DNA from: an uncultured virus (IMG/VR IMGVR_UViG_3300046471_000063)
Taxonomy: Duplodnaviria > Heunggongvirae > Uroviricota > Caudoviricetes
Length of the DNA stretch: 20,000 bases
Strand: one strand, 5' to 3'
Virus record (IMG/VR): IMGVR_UViG_3300046471_000063
Below the pieces are notes generated by a model that saw only the letters and a program-made list of their open reading frames with translations, was not told the origin of the DNA and made no database searches. How positions within the stretch are numbered: position 1 is the stretch's first letter; the number at the start of each line of letters is the position of its first letter. Below are positions 8,624 through 16,280 of the stretch, piece after piece. The translations under genes were made by a program, and so were the position numbers.

Positions 8624-11324
8624 TCCTCAGGTTCTGCGTGAGCATCGCCTGAAAGCCCCGGTGACTATCGAAGCTTGGCTGATGGCTGCCACCAGAAACT
8701 ATGAGCGGCGCGAAGTGCCTCCGATCAGCATCACTGCCAACGCGGTGCCGGTTCCTCCGAATCTGTGGTCGGAATTCGTCATCAGTCCTGAGGATCAGGT
8801 TCAGATCTGGATTGAGCCGAAAGGTACAGACCCTGTTTCGATCACTATCGCAGCGATCAAGGGCGTGCAGGCTGTGATGAAACTCATCACCCCGCGCATC
8901 AAGATGCCCAAGACCGGATCGCCAAATCAGGGCTCGACCCTGGCTGGCGCGAACGCCAAGGCGAACCAGGTGAAATTCGGTGATCCTGTTCGTGAAGTGG
9001 CAGGGGAGGACCAGGTTTTCCCGGACTATATCGTCGAGCCGCGGCGCTGGTTCAAATCGGCACGTGATGAGTGGCAGCAGATGTTGCTGTGCATCGGCGT
9101 CGGTGAACATGAGGTTAAGGTCAGCGACATCAAGATCGGCAACACGCCGATCATCTCACTTGGCGCAAACGCTACATATCAGGTCTATCAGCCTGGGGCG
9201 GACCTGAGCGCAGAGCCTGCCGCGCAGTGGTGGTACCAGGCCCCGGAAGTTGGGTCGACATCAACGGGAACCTCGGGTCTCGACTTGAAAACAACGACGA
9301 CCGTTCCGCAAAACCCCGGAGCTCAGGCGTATCAGTTCAACGGTCCGTTGGTAAGCATTCCCTCTGGTGCTGGCGCTTTCCCAACCGGCTGGGCTGCGGG
9401 AATGATCGTGAGGATCGAGGCTGCCTACCAGTACACCGTGACGTCTGGCGCTGGAGTAGGTGGGCGCGACGTAGTGTCCGGCCCGCTCGCGCAGTTGGCG
9501 CCATTCCCGGGGATGTCCATTGAGGTCGTCGGCGCGAACCAAGGGTTTTACCTGGTGAACAGCTACACGCCGCCTGCGGGTAGCACGCCAGCCCAAATAA
9601 CGCTCAACACTACCGGCGGCGCACCTGTCTCCGGTTTGCAGTCCGGCGTCGGTTGGGCCGCGATCGGATACCGGAGTCTTCGTTACCGTATCACTGCGGC
9701 AAGCACCTCGCAGCTCAGCGTTCAACGCCTTACCGCTGCCGGTGCTGTTGATGCTGCGTGGCCAGGCTTCGATTTCCTGCAAAGCAACTCGGCGTTGATA
9801 ACCCTCGACAGCTCAACCCTGGAAGGTGATTGGGCCGGTCCTTATGCACTCTGCCCGCCGGGGATGAAAGCCAGCAAGTTTGCATTCACGGTGATGTTTC
9901 CGTCCGGCCTCGCTGGCGTGGACAAAAAGGGCGCCTTGTTTCAATGGTCGGTGGACTACGAGTTTCAGTACCGCGACCGGACGACGGCCGGAGCCTGGGT
10001 TTCTTACAAGGAAACCATCACCGAGGCGACACTCGATCAACTGGGATACACCCGGGAAATCACGGCGGCCGAGCCTATCGAGGCAGAAGGTCGCATGCGC
10101 CGGATTGGTGCAAAATCTACCTCGACCAGCATTCAGGACAATATCCAGTGGTATGACATGCGGGCGTTACTTCCGAGTCCGAAGTCATACCCAAACTGGA
10201 CACTGCTTGCGATATCGGCAGCCGGCGGCGGCAAGCTGGCGGCGCAATCCGAAAACCGTATCAGCGCCGTGGTTACCCGCAAACTGCCTGTTCTGGAAAA
10301 CGGAGCGTGGACCACGGATAAACGCCCGACCAGGGATATCTCCGCCTGGTTCAATTACGTGACGAAGAAGCCCGGTTACACCGATGCCGATATCGACATG
10401 GAAGAGCTCTCAGCGCTGCATCAGGTCTGGACGGCGCGGGGCGACACTTTCGACTACTCAACTGAGGACTTCACTACGGTGAAGGAAGCTTTGAACTCGG
10501 CACTCGCGGCCGGATTTTCTGAGCTCACCATCAGTCGTGGGAGGCTTCGCCCGATTCGTGACCAGAAGCGGGAGGGCATCGATCATGAATACCTGCCCGA
10601 AGGCACCCAAGGGTATTCGGCACAAAACCTGATCGGCCCTCTCAAGATCGCTTTCAATCCACCAGATCCAGCGGACGACCATGACGGCGTCGACGTTGAA
10701 TACAAGGACGGGATTACCAGGCAAACGGAAACCGTCCGATGCAGGCTGCCGGGCGACCTCGGACTGAAGGTTGAGAAGGTGAAGGCAGTCGGCGTCAGCG
10801 ACAGGAACAAAGCCTACCAGCTCGGAATGCGCCGCCGCCGGGAGGCCAAGTATCGGCGTTGGACCTACAGCTTCGATACCGAACTCGACGGTAACAACAG
10901 CGAATACGGCAGCTTGGCCGCCGTCTCAGACGATATCCCCGAGCGTGGCCAGAGCGGTTTGCTGATGTCATTCGAGACGGTATCCGGGGCTTTCATCTTG
11001 GAGAGCTCTGAACCGTTCATTTGGTCGGACGGTGTTTCCCACGTCGTCGGGCTGCGCCGGCAGGATGGAACAATGAGCGGGCCATGGCCGGCGACACGGA
11101 TCGATGACTTTCACCTCAGCATCGCGAGCATCGATTTCAATCCCGACACGAGCTGGGAGAGGGATCCGCCTCACCTGCTGTTCGGACCTTTGAAGCGCTG
11201 GTGCCACCAGGTGGTGATCAGCAAAGTGAACCCCAAAGGTCTCGAGAGCGTTTCGCTACAAGGCTTCAACTACGACGAGCGTGTGTATCCCGACGACGAT
11301 AGTCCGGCGCCGGTCGATTTATAG
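8595..11324 (+). CDS. Tail tip / host-specificity protein (TipJ, lambda gpJ-like central tail protein)
   Basis: 909 aa with GTG start. Motifs NQVKFGDPVREVAG, FPDYIV, LCIGVG, IKIGNTPI, DGVDVEYKD, GMRRRR, FNYDERVY; synteny. Confidence 0.88.
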   Translation: MIEILTNKLDPQVLREHRLKAPVTIEAWLMAATRNYERREVPPISITANAVPVPPNLWSEFVISPEDQVQIWIEPKGTDPVSITIAAIKGVQAVMKLITPRIKMPKTGSPNQGSTLAGANAKANQVKFGDPVREVAGEDQVFPDYIVEPRRWFKSARDEWQQMLLCIGVGEHEVKVSDIKIGNTPIISLGANATYQVYQPGADLSAEPAAQWWYQAPEVGSTSTGTSGLDLKTTTTVPQNPGAQAYQFNGPLVSIPSGAGAFPTGWAAGMIVRIEAAYQYTVTSGAGVGGRDVVSGPLAQLAPFPGMSIEVVGANQGFYLVNSYTPPAGSTPAQITLNTTGGAPVSGLQSGVGWAAIGYRSLRYRITAASTSQLSVQRLTAAGAVDAAWPGFDFLQSNSALITLDSSTLEGDWAGPYALCPPGMKASKFAFTVMFPSGLAGVDKKGALFQWSVDYEFQYRDRTTAGAWVSYKETITEATLDQLGYTREITAAEPIEAEGRMRRIGAKSTSTSIQDNIQWYDMRALLPSPKSYPNWTLLAISAAGGGKLAAQSENRISAVVTRKLPVLENGAWTTDKRPTRDISAWFNYVTKKPGYTDADIDMEELSALHQVWTARGDTFDYSTEDFTTVKEALNSALAAGFSELTISRGRLRPIRDQKREGIDHEYLPEGTQGYSAQNLIGPLKIAFNPPDPADDHDGVDVEYKDGITRQTETVRCRLPGDLGLKVEKVKAVGVSDRNKAYQLGMRRRREAKYRRWTYSFDTELDGNNSEYGSLAAVSDDIPERGQSGLLMSFETVSGAFILESSEPFIWSDGVSHVVGLRRQDGTMSGPWPATRIDDFHLSIASIDFNPDTSWERDPPHLLFGPLKRWCHQVVISKVNPKGLESVSLQGFNYDERVYPDDDSPAPVDL

Positions 11325-11332
11325 ATTTCCCC

Positions 11333-11358
11333 AAGCCCATCCCTGATGGGCTTTTTTT
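11333..11358 (+). terminator. Intrinsic terminator between tail tip and tailspike genes
   Basis: AAGCCCATC-cct-GATGGGCTT followed by a T run. Confidence 0.75.
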
Positions 11359-11373
11359 GTCTTGAGGAAACCC

Positions 11374-13308
11374 ATGACCAATACCTATGACACCACTGGC
11401 CTGCCGGTGGGCACCTCTGACCCGCGCGCGCTGTACAACAACGCCTCAAACATGGACGAGGCGCTGCATAGTCTTACTGCGTGGTGGCTGGACCGCTTCG
11501 GCAAACACCGCAAGACCTGGTCCGGATTCGAAGCCGACGTGTTGGCGTTCTTTCAGAACAATGGCTACGAAACACCAGTGAATTATGCTGCGGGGTTGTC
11601 ATTGACCCGCTACGGGCAGACTGTTGTTTACCTTGGTGAGCTGTACGCCCCGGTTGTGTCTGCTCTGCCATTCACAACGACCACCTGGGCTACGGACGCT
11701 GCCAAATTCAAGGCCATCGGGGATGCTTCGTTGCGCGCCGCGCTTGCTGCGTCTGATGGCAGTAAGAAGTCTGGTTACAAGGCTCGTAACGTTTACGATC
11801 GGCTTTCCGATCATTCCAGCGTGAAAGATTTTCCAAACGTGGTCCCAGATGGGGTAACGGACAATCTGTCGGCGATCAACGCGGCATTTGCTGGCGCGGT
11901 TGGTCGTGAGCTTTACCTGCCGGAAGGCGATTACTACTGCTCCGCGTGGCCCCTGAACAATCGCGGAATCAAAATCACTGGGCCGGGGAAAATTCTCCTC
12001 ACCACTCCTAACGGCAAGTGGCAAATCAACACCTACGCCAGTGCGACTGGGATCGGGGTCCACTTTGAACACCTCTTTAAACCGTACCAGCGTTTAAAGA
12101 CTGGTGGTCAGATTAAGATCATGCTGTTCGGTGACAGCACGGTTGCAGGTCATAATGGCGAAAACCCTGACTACTACGTCGAAAACCTTATCGGCCAGAC
12201 AATGGCGAGCAAGGGTTTGACGAACGTAGTGGTGCAGAACTTCGGGGTTGCCGGCTCAAATACCGCAGCCATCGATGTAGCCTCCCGGATCGACACCACT
12301 ATCGCGGCAAGCTGTGACATCGCCGTCATCAAGTCTGGGATCAACGACGAACACAACCTGGTCACGCTTTACAACAACCTCGATACCGTAGTGGGTAATG
12401 CGCGGAGTACTGCGAACGGTTCCGTTCAGCAACTGGCGATTGTTTTGATGTTGCCCACGTCAACCTATGACATCGCGCACGATCGCAGTTCGACATGGTA
12501 CGAGCAGGTTCGTGGGGTTTACGTAGCGATCGCTGAAAAGCATCGTTGCGCAGTATTTGACAGTTACGCCTTTTTGCAAGACACCTCGGCGGCCGAAGGT
12601 TTTTGGCAAGATATGCCATTCGGTGCCGGTGGCGGCAGTGTGCATATGCTCGACGTGGGCAATAACTGGATTTGGAACAAGCTCATCCAGTGGATGTTTC
12701 CGACCGAAATGCTTTCTCTATACGCCAAAAATCGCGTTATTTTTGGCGGCTCTGCGTCAGGTAGTCCCGCGCCAGGTGCAGCTATTGGTTCTTACAATTA
12801 CGGTATTTCGAATTACCGAGCAATAAGCACTTCGGGTTGGCCACAGGACGGATTTGTCACCACGGAGAGAACGGTGGACGCCGGTGGAAGGCAGACCATT
12901 TATGGCTTTGCGAACAACGTTACGCCTATGACGCGGTACTGGTTGACGGCAAGTAACACATGGTCCGTCTGGTCGAACATGGTGCAAGCCCTTTCTGGAT
13001 TCTTCGCCGCGGATGTAGCTGCACCGAGCGGTACACGTCGGGCGGCAGGCTACCGTGTAAGCGATACCAGTCGTCTTGAGTTGTGCGGTAGCGTCCAGGT
13101 GAACGCAGCCAAGGCCGTTGGTGATGTAATTTTCAACCCTCTTCCCAGTCGATGCCGTCCGACCAAAGGTGACTCGGTATTTTTCGCTTCTGGTTCGGGG
13201 GGCGGGGTTCAGTTGCTGATGAACGGATCGGGCATCATCTACGCGCAATCAGCCATCGCTGCTGGAACAATCATCTGTCTCGACAATTGCTCAATCATTG
13301 TCGATTAA
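11374..13308 (+). CDS. Tailspike / receptor-binding protein with SGNH (GDSL) esterase domain
   Basis: RBS GAGG before ATG 11374. N-terminal particle-attachment region (YDTTGLPVGTSDPRALYNNASNMD, DRFG, SIGDA-like AIGDASLRAALA) and SVKDF..DGVTDNLSAI..LYLPEGDY motif. SGNH blocks FGDS, NFGVAGSN, SGIND and a His in GSVH. C-terminal knob/head-like segments. Confidence 0.85.
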   Translation: MTNTYDTTGLPVGTSDPRALYNNASNMDEALHSLTAWWLDRFGKHRKTWSGFEADVLAFFQNNGYETPVNYAAGLSLTRYGQTVVYLGELYAPVVSALPFTTTTWATDAAKFKAIGDASLRAALAASDGSKKSGYKARNVYDRLSDHSSVKDFPNVVPDGVTDNLSAINAAFAGAVGRELYLPEGDYYCSAWPLNNRGIKITGPGKILLTTPNGKWQINTYASATGIGVHFEHLFKPYQRLKTGGQIKIMLFGDSTVAGHNGENPDYYVENLIGQTMASKGLTNVVVQNFGVAGSNTAAIDVASRIDTTIAASCDIAVIKSGINDEHNLVTLYNNLDTVVGNARSTANGSVQQLAIVLMLPTSTYDIAHDRSSTWYEQVRGVYVAIAEKHRCAVFDSYAFLQDTSAAEGFWQDMPFGAGGGSVHMLDVGNNWIWNKLIQWMFPTEMLSLYAKNRVIFGGSASGSPAPGAAIGSYNYGISNYRAISTSGWPQDGFVTTERTVDAGGRQTIYGFANNVTPMTRYWLTASNTWSVWSNMVQALSGFFAADVAAPSGTRRAAGYRVSDTSRLELCGSVQVNAAKAVGDVIFNPLPSRCRPTKGDSVFFASGSGGGVQLLMNGSGIIYAQSAIAAGTIICLDNCSIIVD

Positions 13309-13371
13309 CGAGAGGATCTGTTTTGCGAGAGCCAGCGCATCAGCTCTAAATCATAGCAACATGCAGAAAGT

Positions 13372-13466
13372 CTCCACCCCTTTTGTCGGTTTGATTAATG
13401 ACGCCAATTGATAGGCCGACATAGGGGAGGAGTCACGCAAAAGCGTGGCGCATGCGGCATGGCGCC
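13372..13466 (+). other. Cluster of predicted RNA hairpins in the tailspike-moron spacer
   Basis: About 24-bp imperfect stem 13372-13432 with three G-U pairs on the + strand, then CACGC-AAAA-GCGTG and GGCGCATG-CGG-CATGGCGCC. Confidence 0.5.
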
Positions 13467-13550
13467 ATCATTCATGTCAGATACGAAAAACTTCACGCGC
13501 TTTCGTGTTCAAGTCGATATGATTGCCCCATCATTGAACGGAGTCGTGTA

Positions 13551-13724
13551 ATGCGTGTCACAATCTATTCGTCTTTTTTTCTTGCGGTTTCTTTGCTGTC
13601 TGGCTGCGCACCTGCAGACCCGGTTGAGCAGGCGAGCGCTGTAGAACAGCCGAGTGTTCAGATGGAACTGGCTGGCAAACTGCTTCGCGGTGAGTCTCCT
13701 AGAGAGAGAGCGGCGGGCGAATGA
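13551..13724 (+). CDS. Small lipoprotein (57 aa precursor, signal peptidase II lipobox)
   Basis: RBS GGAG 13540-13543, ATG 13551. MRVTIYSSFFLAVSLLSG|C lipobox LSGC. Stop overlaps the acyltransferase start (ATGA). Confidence 0.75.
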   Translation: MRVTIYSSFFLAVSLLSGCAPADPVEQASAVEQPSVQMELAGKLLRGESPRERAAGE

Positions 13725-14818
13725 AACTCAATGCTCTGACCTCGCTGCGGTTTTTTGCCGCGCTCGCGGTGTTTCTGCACCACTTCCATTTCTTCCAGCA
13801 CACCACCAGCTCCGAACTGCAAGGGCTATACGGCGCCTTCTTCGAAGGGTTCGCCGGTGTGACGTTCTTCTATGTACTGTCCGGCTTCATCATCAGCTAC
13901 AGCTACCACGCGCAGGCGAAGAAGCGCCCGTACTCGGCAGGCGAGTTCCTTTTTAACCGGTTCGCCAGGCTGTACCCGGTCCACCTGCTGACGCTCGGCA
14001 TCGCAATTGCGGCCTATGTGGGCTTCAACAATTTGAACCTGATCGACGGCAAGGTGCTGGCAGCCAACGCGTTACTGATCCAAAGCTATATCCCGGACTC
14101 GTCCTACTTCTTTTCCTTTAATGGCGTTGCCTGGAGCATTTCTGCAGAGCTTTTCTTTTACGTGGCGTTCATTACCCTGCTAGTGAAGCTGCGCACGCGC
14201 ACGCTGGCCGTCATTGCCGTGGCTATGGTCGTGCTGATCGGCTACCTGATCAACAGCCCCCTGCGCTACAACCCCGCGTATAACTGGATCTTCTACATCA
14301 ACCCGGCTTTCCGGGTGATCGACTTTATCTCCGGCATCCTGGTCTTCCGCCTGTTCATGAGCGGCAAGTTCCGTATCAGTGAGGGGCAGGGCACCGTCGT
14401 CGAGGTTGCGTCTCTGGCGCTGCTGGGAATGTTCGGCTATCTGGGGCTCAACGGCGTGTCCATGCTGTGGCGCTTCGACCTGTTCTATCTGGTGCCGATG
14501 GCGCTGGTGGTGTGGGTGTTTGCACAGGGCCAAGGCCTGATCTCGAAGATGATCAGCGGTCGCCTGTTCGTTACCCTGGGTGAAGCGTCCTTCAGCCTGT
14601 ACATGATTCACCAAATAGTTATCACCGTGGCGCTGAGCAACATGCCGGTCGATATCAATCAGCCTCGGCAGGTTTACTGGTTTATTGGCTCGACCGTCCT
14701 TGTGGGAATCATTGGGTCGGTGGCGATGTACCTCTACTACGAGAAACCGCTCAACGATTTCTTGCGGCGATTGTGGAAGGCTCGCTCAGCCAAATATGAG
14801 ATGGCCGCAAACAACTGA
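13721..14818 (+). CDS. Acyltransferase-3 family integral membrane O-acyltransferase (Oac/OafA-like), probable surface-polysaccharide acetylase
   Basis: Many hydrophobic segments. AT3 motifs LTSLRFFAALAVFLHH, GVTFFYVLSGFII, RFARLYP, WSISAELFFY, LGEASFSLYMIH, YEKP. No fused SGNH domain. Confidence 0.92.
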   Translation: MKLNALTSLRFFAALAVFLHHFHFFQHTTSSELQGLYGAFFEGFAGVTFFYVLSGFIISYSYHAQAKKRPYSAGEFLFNRFARLYPVHLLTLGIAIAAYVGFNNLNLIDGKVLAANALLIQSYIPDSSYFFSFNGVAWSISAELFFYVAFITLLVKLRTRTLAVIAVAMVVLIGYLINSPLRYNPAYNWIFYINPAFRVIDFISGILVFRLFMSGKFRISEGQGTVVEVASLALLGMFGYLGLNGVSMLWRFDLFYLVPMALVVWVFAQGQGLISKMISGRLFVTLGEASFSLYMIHQIVITVALSNMPVDINQPRQVYWFIGSTVLVGIIGSVAMYLYYEKPLNDFLRRLWKARSAKYEMAANN

Positions 14819-14830
14819 TTCAACATTTCC

Positions 14831-14855
14831 AAACCCGCTTCGGCGGGTTTTTTTT
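14831..14855 (+). terminator. Intrinsic terminator after acyltransferase
   Basis: AAACCCGC-TTCG-GCGGGTTT followed by more Ts (UUCG tetraloop). Confidence 0.85.
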
Positions 14856-14871
14856 CGTCTGGAGAAAAGTA

Positions 14872-15297
14872 ATGGATGTGACTGAGAAAGATCGCGATGC
14901 GTTGGCGCGCACGCTCTGGGGCGAAGCGCGCGGGGAAGGGCTTGCAGGAATGGTGGCCGTGGCCTGGTCGATCCGGAACCGGGTCGAGGACGGCAAGGAT
15001 AAGTCGTGGTGGGGCGAGGGTTACGCCGGTGTTTGCCAGAAGCCCTATCAGTTCAGCTGCTGGAACAAGGGCGACCCGAATCAGCCGTTCCTAACAGGAG
15101 CGAAGCAGATTCCGTTCCGCGAGCTGGCGCAGTGCCGCATTGCGGCCGATCAGGTGATCGACGGAAAGGTCGCAGACCCAACCAGTGGGGCTACCCACTA
15201 TTACGCGACCAGCATGCCGTCGGCGCCGAAGTGGGCAAGCGGTGCGAAGAAGACGCTCACGCTGGGGCATCACATCTTTTTCAAGGACGTCCCCTGA
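14872..15297 (+). CDS. Endolysin, cell wall hydrolase SleB/Hydrolase_2 family
   Basis: RBS GGAG. LARTLWGEARGEG (catalytic Glu), VAWSIRNR, VCQKPYQFSCWN, DPTSGATHYY, PKWA, LGHHIFF. Confidence 0.9.
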   Translation: MDVTEKDRDALARTLWGEARGEGLAGMVAVAWSIRNRVEDGKDKSWWGEGYAGVCQKPYQFSCWNKGDPNQPFLTGAKQIPFRELAQCRIAADQVIDGKVADPTSGATHYYATSMPSAPKWASGAKKTLTLGHHIFFKDVP

Positions 15298-15641
15298 AAG
15301 TGACCAGGTTCGTAGAAGTAGCCAGGCACTTTGTGCTCGCGTAGCACCGCGTCTCTTTGGGTGACGGTGCGTTTCAGGCTAGCGATCTCTCGCGATTGCT
15401 CGTAGCTTTCCGTGTTCAACCTGGCGATCGTTTCTTTTGCTTTCGCCAGATATGCCCGCGCCGCTTCTCGCTCTTTCGTCACCTCGCTGTTCATGTCGAC
15501 CAGCTTGGCGATGTTCTTCCGCTGCCTGCTCACTTCATCCTGAAGCAAGCGCAGTTCCTCGATGAGCAGGCGCGACTGCTGCTCGAGCATTTCCTCTCGT
15601 GTGAATTCATCGGGCCATTCGGCCTCTGGTGTGACTTCCAT
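15270..15641 (-). CDS. Hypothetical coiled-coil protein, putatively SOS (LexA)-regulated
   Basis: 123 aa heptad-rich ORF with a LexA box 14 bp upstream; converges on the endolysin with a 28-bp overlap. Confidence 0.7.
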   Translation of the reverse strand: MEVTPEAEWPDEFTREEMLEQQSRLLIEELRLLQDEVSRQRKNIAKLVDMNSEVTKEREAARAYLAKAKETIARLNTESYEQSREIASLKRTVTQRDAVLREHKVPGYFYEPGHFQGTSLKKM

Positions 15642-15655
15642 TTGGTAAACTCAAA

Positions 15656-15675
15656 TACTGTTTGGATATACAGTA
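15656..15675. promoter_or_regulatory. LexA binding site (SOS box)
   Basis: TACTGTTTGGATATACAGTA matches CTGT-N8-ACAG with TA flanks. On the - strand its first hexamer TACTGT could serve as a -10 element. Confidence 0.85.
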
Positions 15676-15922
15676 ATCGAGTTTTGCCGTTGGAGGCCAG
15701 TGCGGGTGACGAGTTGCAGGTTTTGATTGGTGGAACGGTCGGCAGGACGCCGGAGAAGGGGTAGTGAATCTCGTACCACTTTTTGTACCAATTGGCGGGG
15801 AAAGCAGGGGAAAACAGCGCCTTCAATTAGCGCCAGACGCCCATAAAAGGCGCATCTGGCATACACCAGCTAATCCGCACAAGCTGGCGGGAGGTGAGGC
15901 AAGTGGAGCGGGCACTACTGTT

Positions 15923-16099
15923 TCATTTGCCGAGATGCTTGCGGACATCGGTAACCATAGGGCCGACCGCTTTTACCGCAGCTTTGAGCTGCTCTTCGGT
16001 GACTCCGAACTCTTTCGTCCAGTAAGACAGCTCCCAAGCTTCGGAGGTGTTTACAGGTGCTCGGTCCTGAGGGCCGCGATTTTTTAGGTTGTCAGACAT
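15923..16099 (-). CDS. DUF3606-like small protein (58 aa, below the ORF-track cutoff)
   Basis: Hand translation MSDNLKNRGPQDRAPVNTSEAWELSYWTKEFGVTEEQLKAAVKAVGPMVTDVRKHLGK; AAGGA RBS upstream; resembles the DUF3606 pattern as I recall it. Confidence 0.8.
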   Translation of the reverse strand: MSDNLKNRGPQDRAPVNTSEAWELSYWTKEFGVTEEQLKAAVKAVGPMVTDVRKHLGK

Positions 16100-16251
16100 T
16101 CCAATTTCCTTTTGATTGACCTGAGGCAGTCAGGCCTATCGAGGGTAGCCTAAGCCGCGCAAAACCTCCGCTGGAGGCCGCGTGTTTTCGTTTGCAAAAT
16201 CACGGGAAACGCCGTATTTTGCAGCCCCTGATACGGGCTATTTTCTATATG

Positions 16252-16264
16252 AATCAGATGGTTG
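16252..16264 (+). promoter_or_regulatory. IHF binding site (left att arm)
   Basis: AATCAGATGGTTG matches WATCARNNNNTTR with an AT-rich 5' flank. Confidence 0.65.
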
Positions 16265-16280
16265 CGTGTGTACAGGCCCC

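Noticed and set aside
11374..13470. Diversity-generating retroelement or invertible tail-fibre cassette
   Set aside because: I saw no reverse transcriptase, invertase or duplicated template/variable repeat in the window.
13452..13550. N-terminal extension of the lipoprotein ORF (90-aa version)
   Set aside because: ATG 13551 has an RBS and puts the signal peptide at the N-terminus. ATG 13452 lies inside a predicted hairpin.
13551..15641. Lipoprotein plus coiled-coil protein as a split spanin pair or a u-spanin
   Set aside because: The coiled-coil protein has no N-terminal transmembrane segment and is on the opposite strand behind a LexA box. The lipoprotein has no C-terminal transmembrane segment.
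15764..16087. 107-aa + strand ORF
   Set aside because: Overlaps the better supported DUF3606-like gene on the opposite strand and has no recognisable features.
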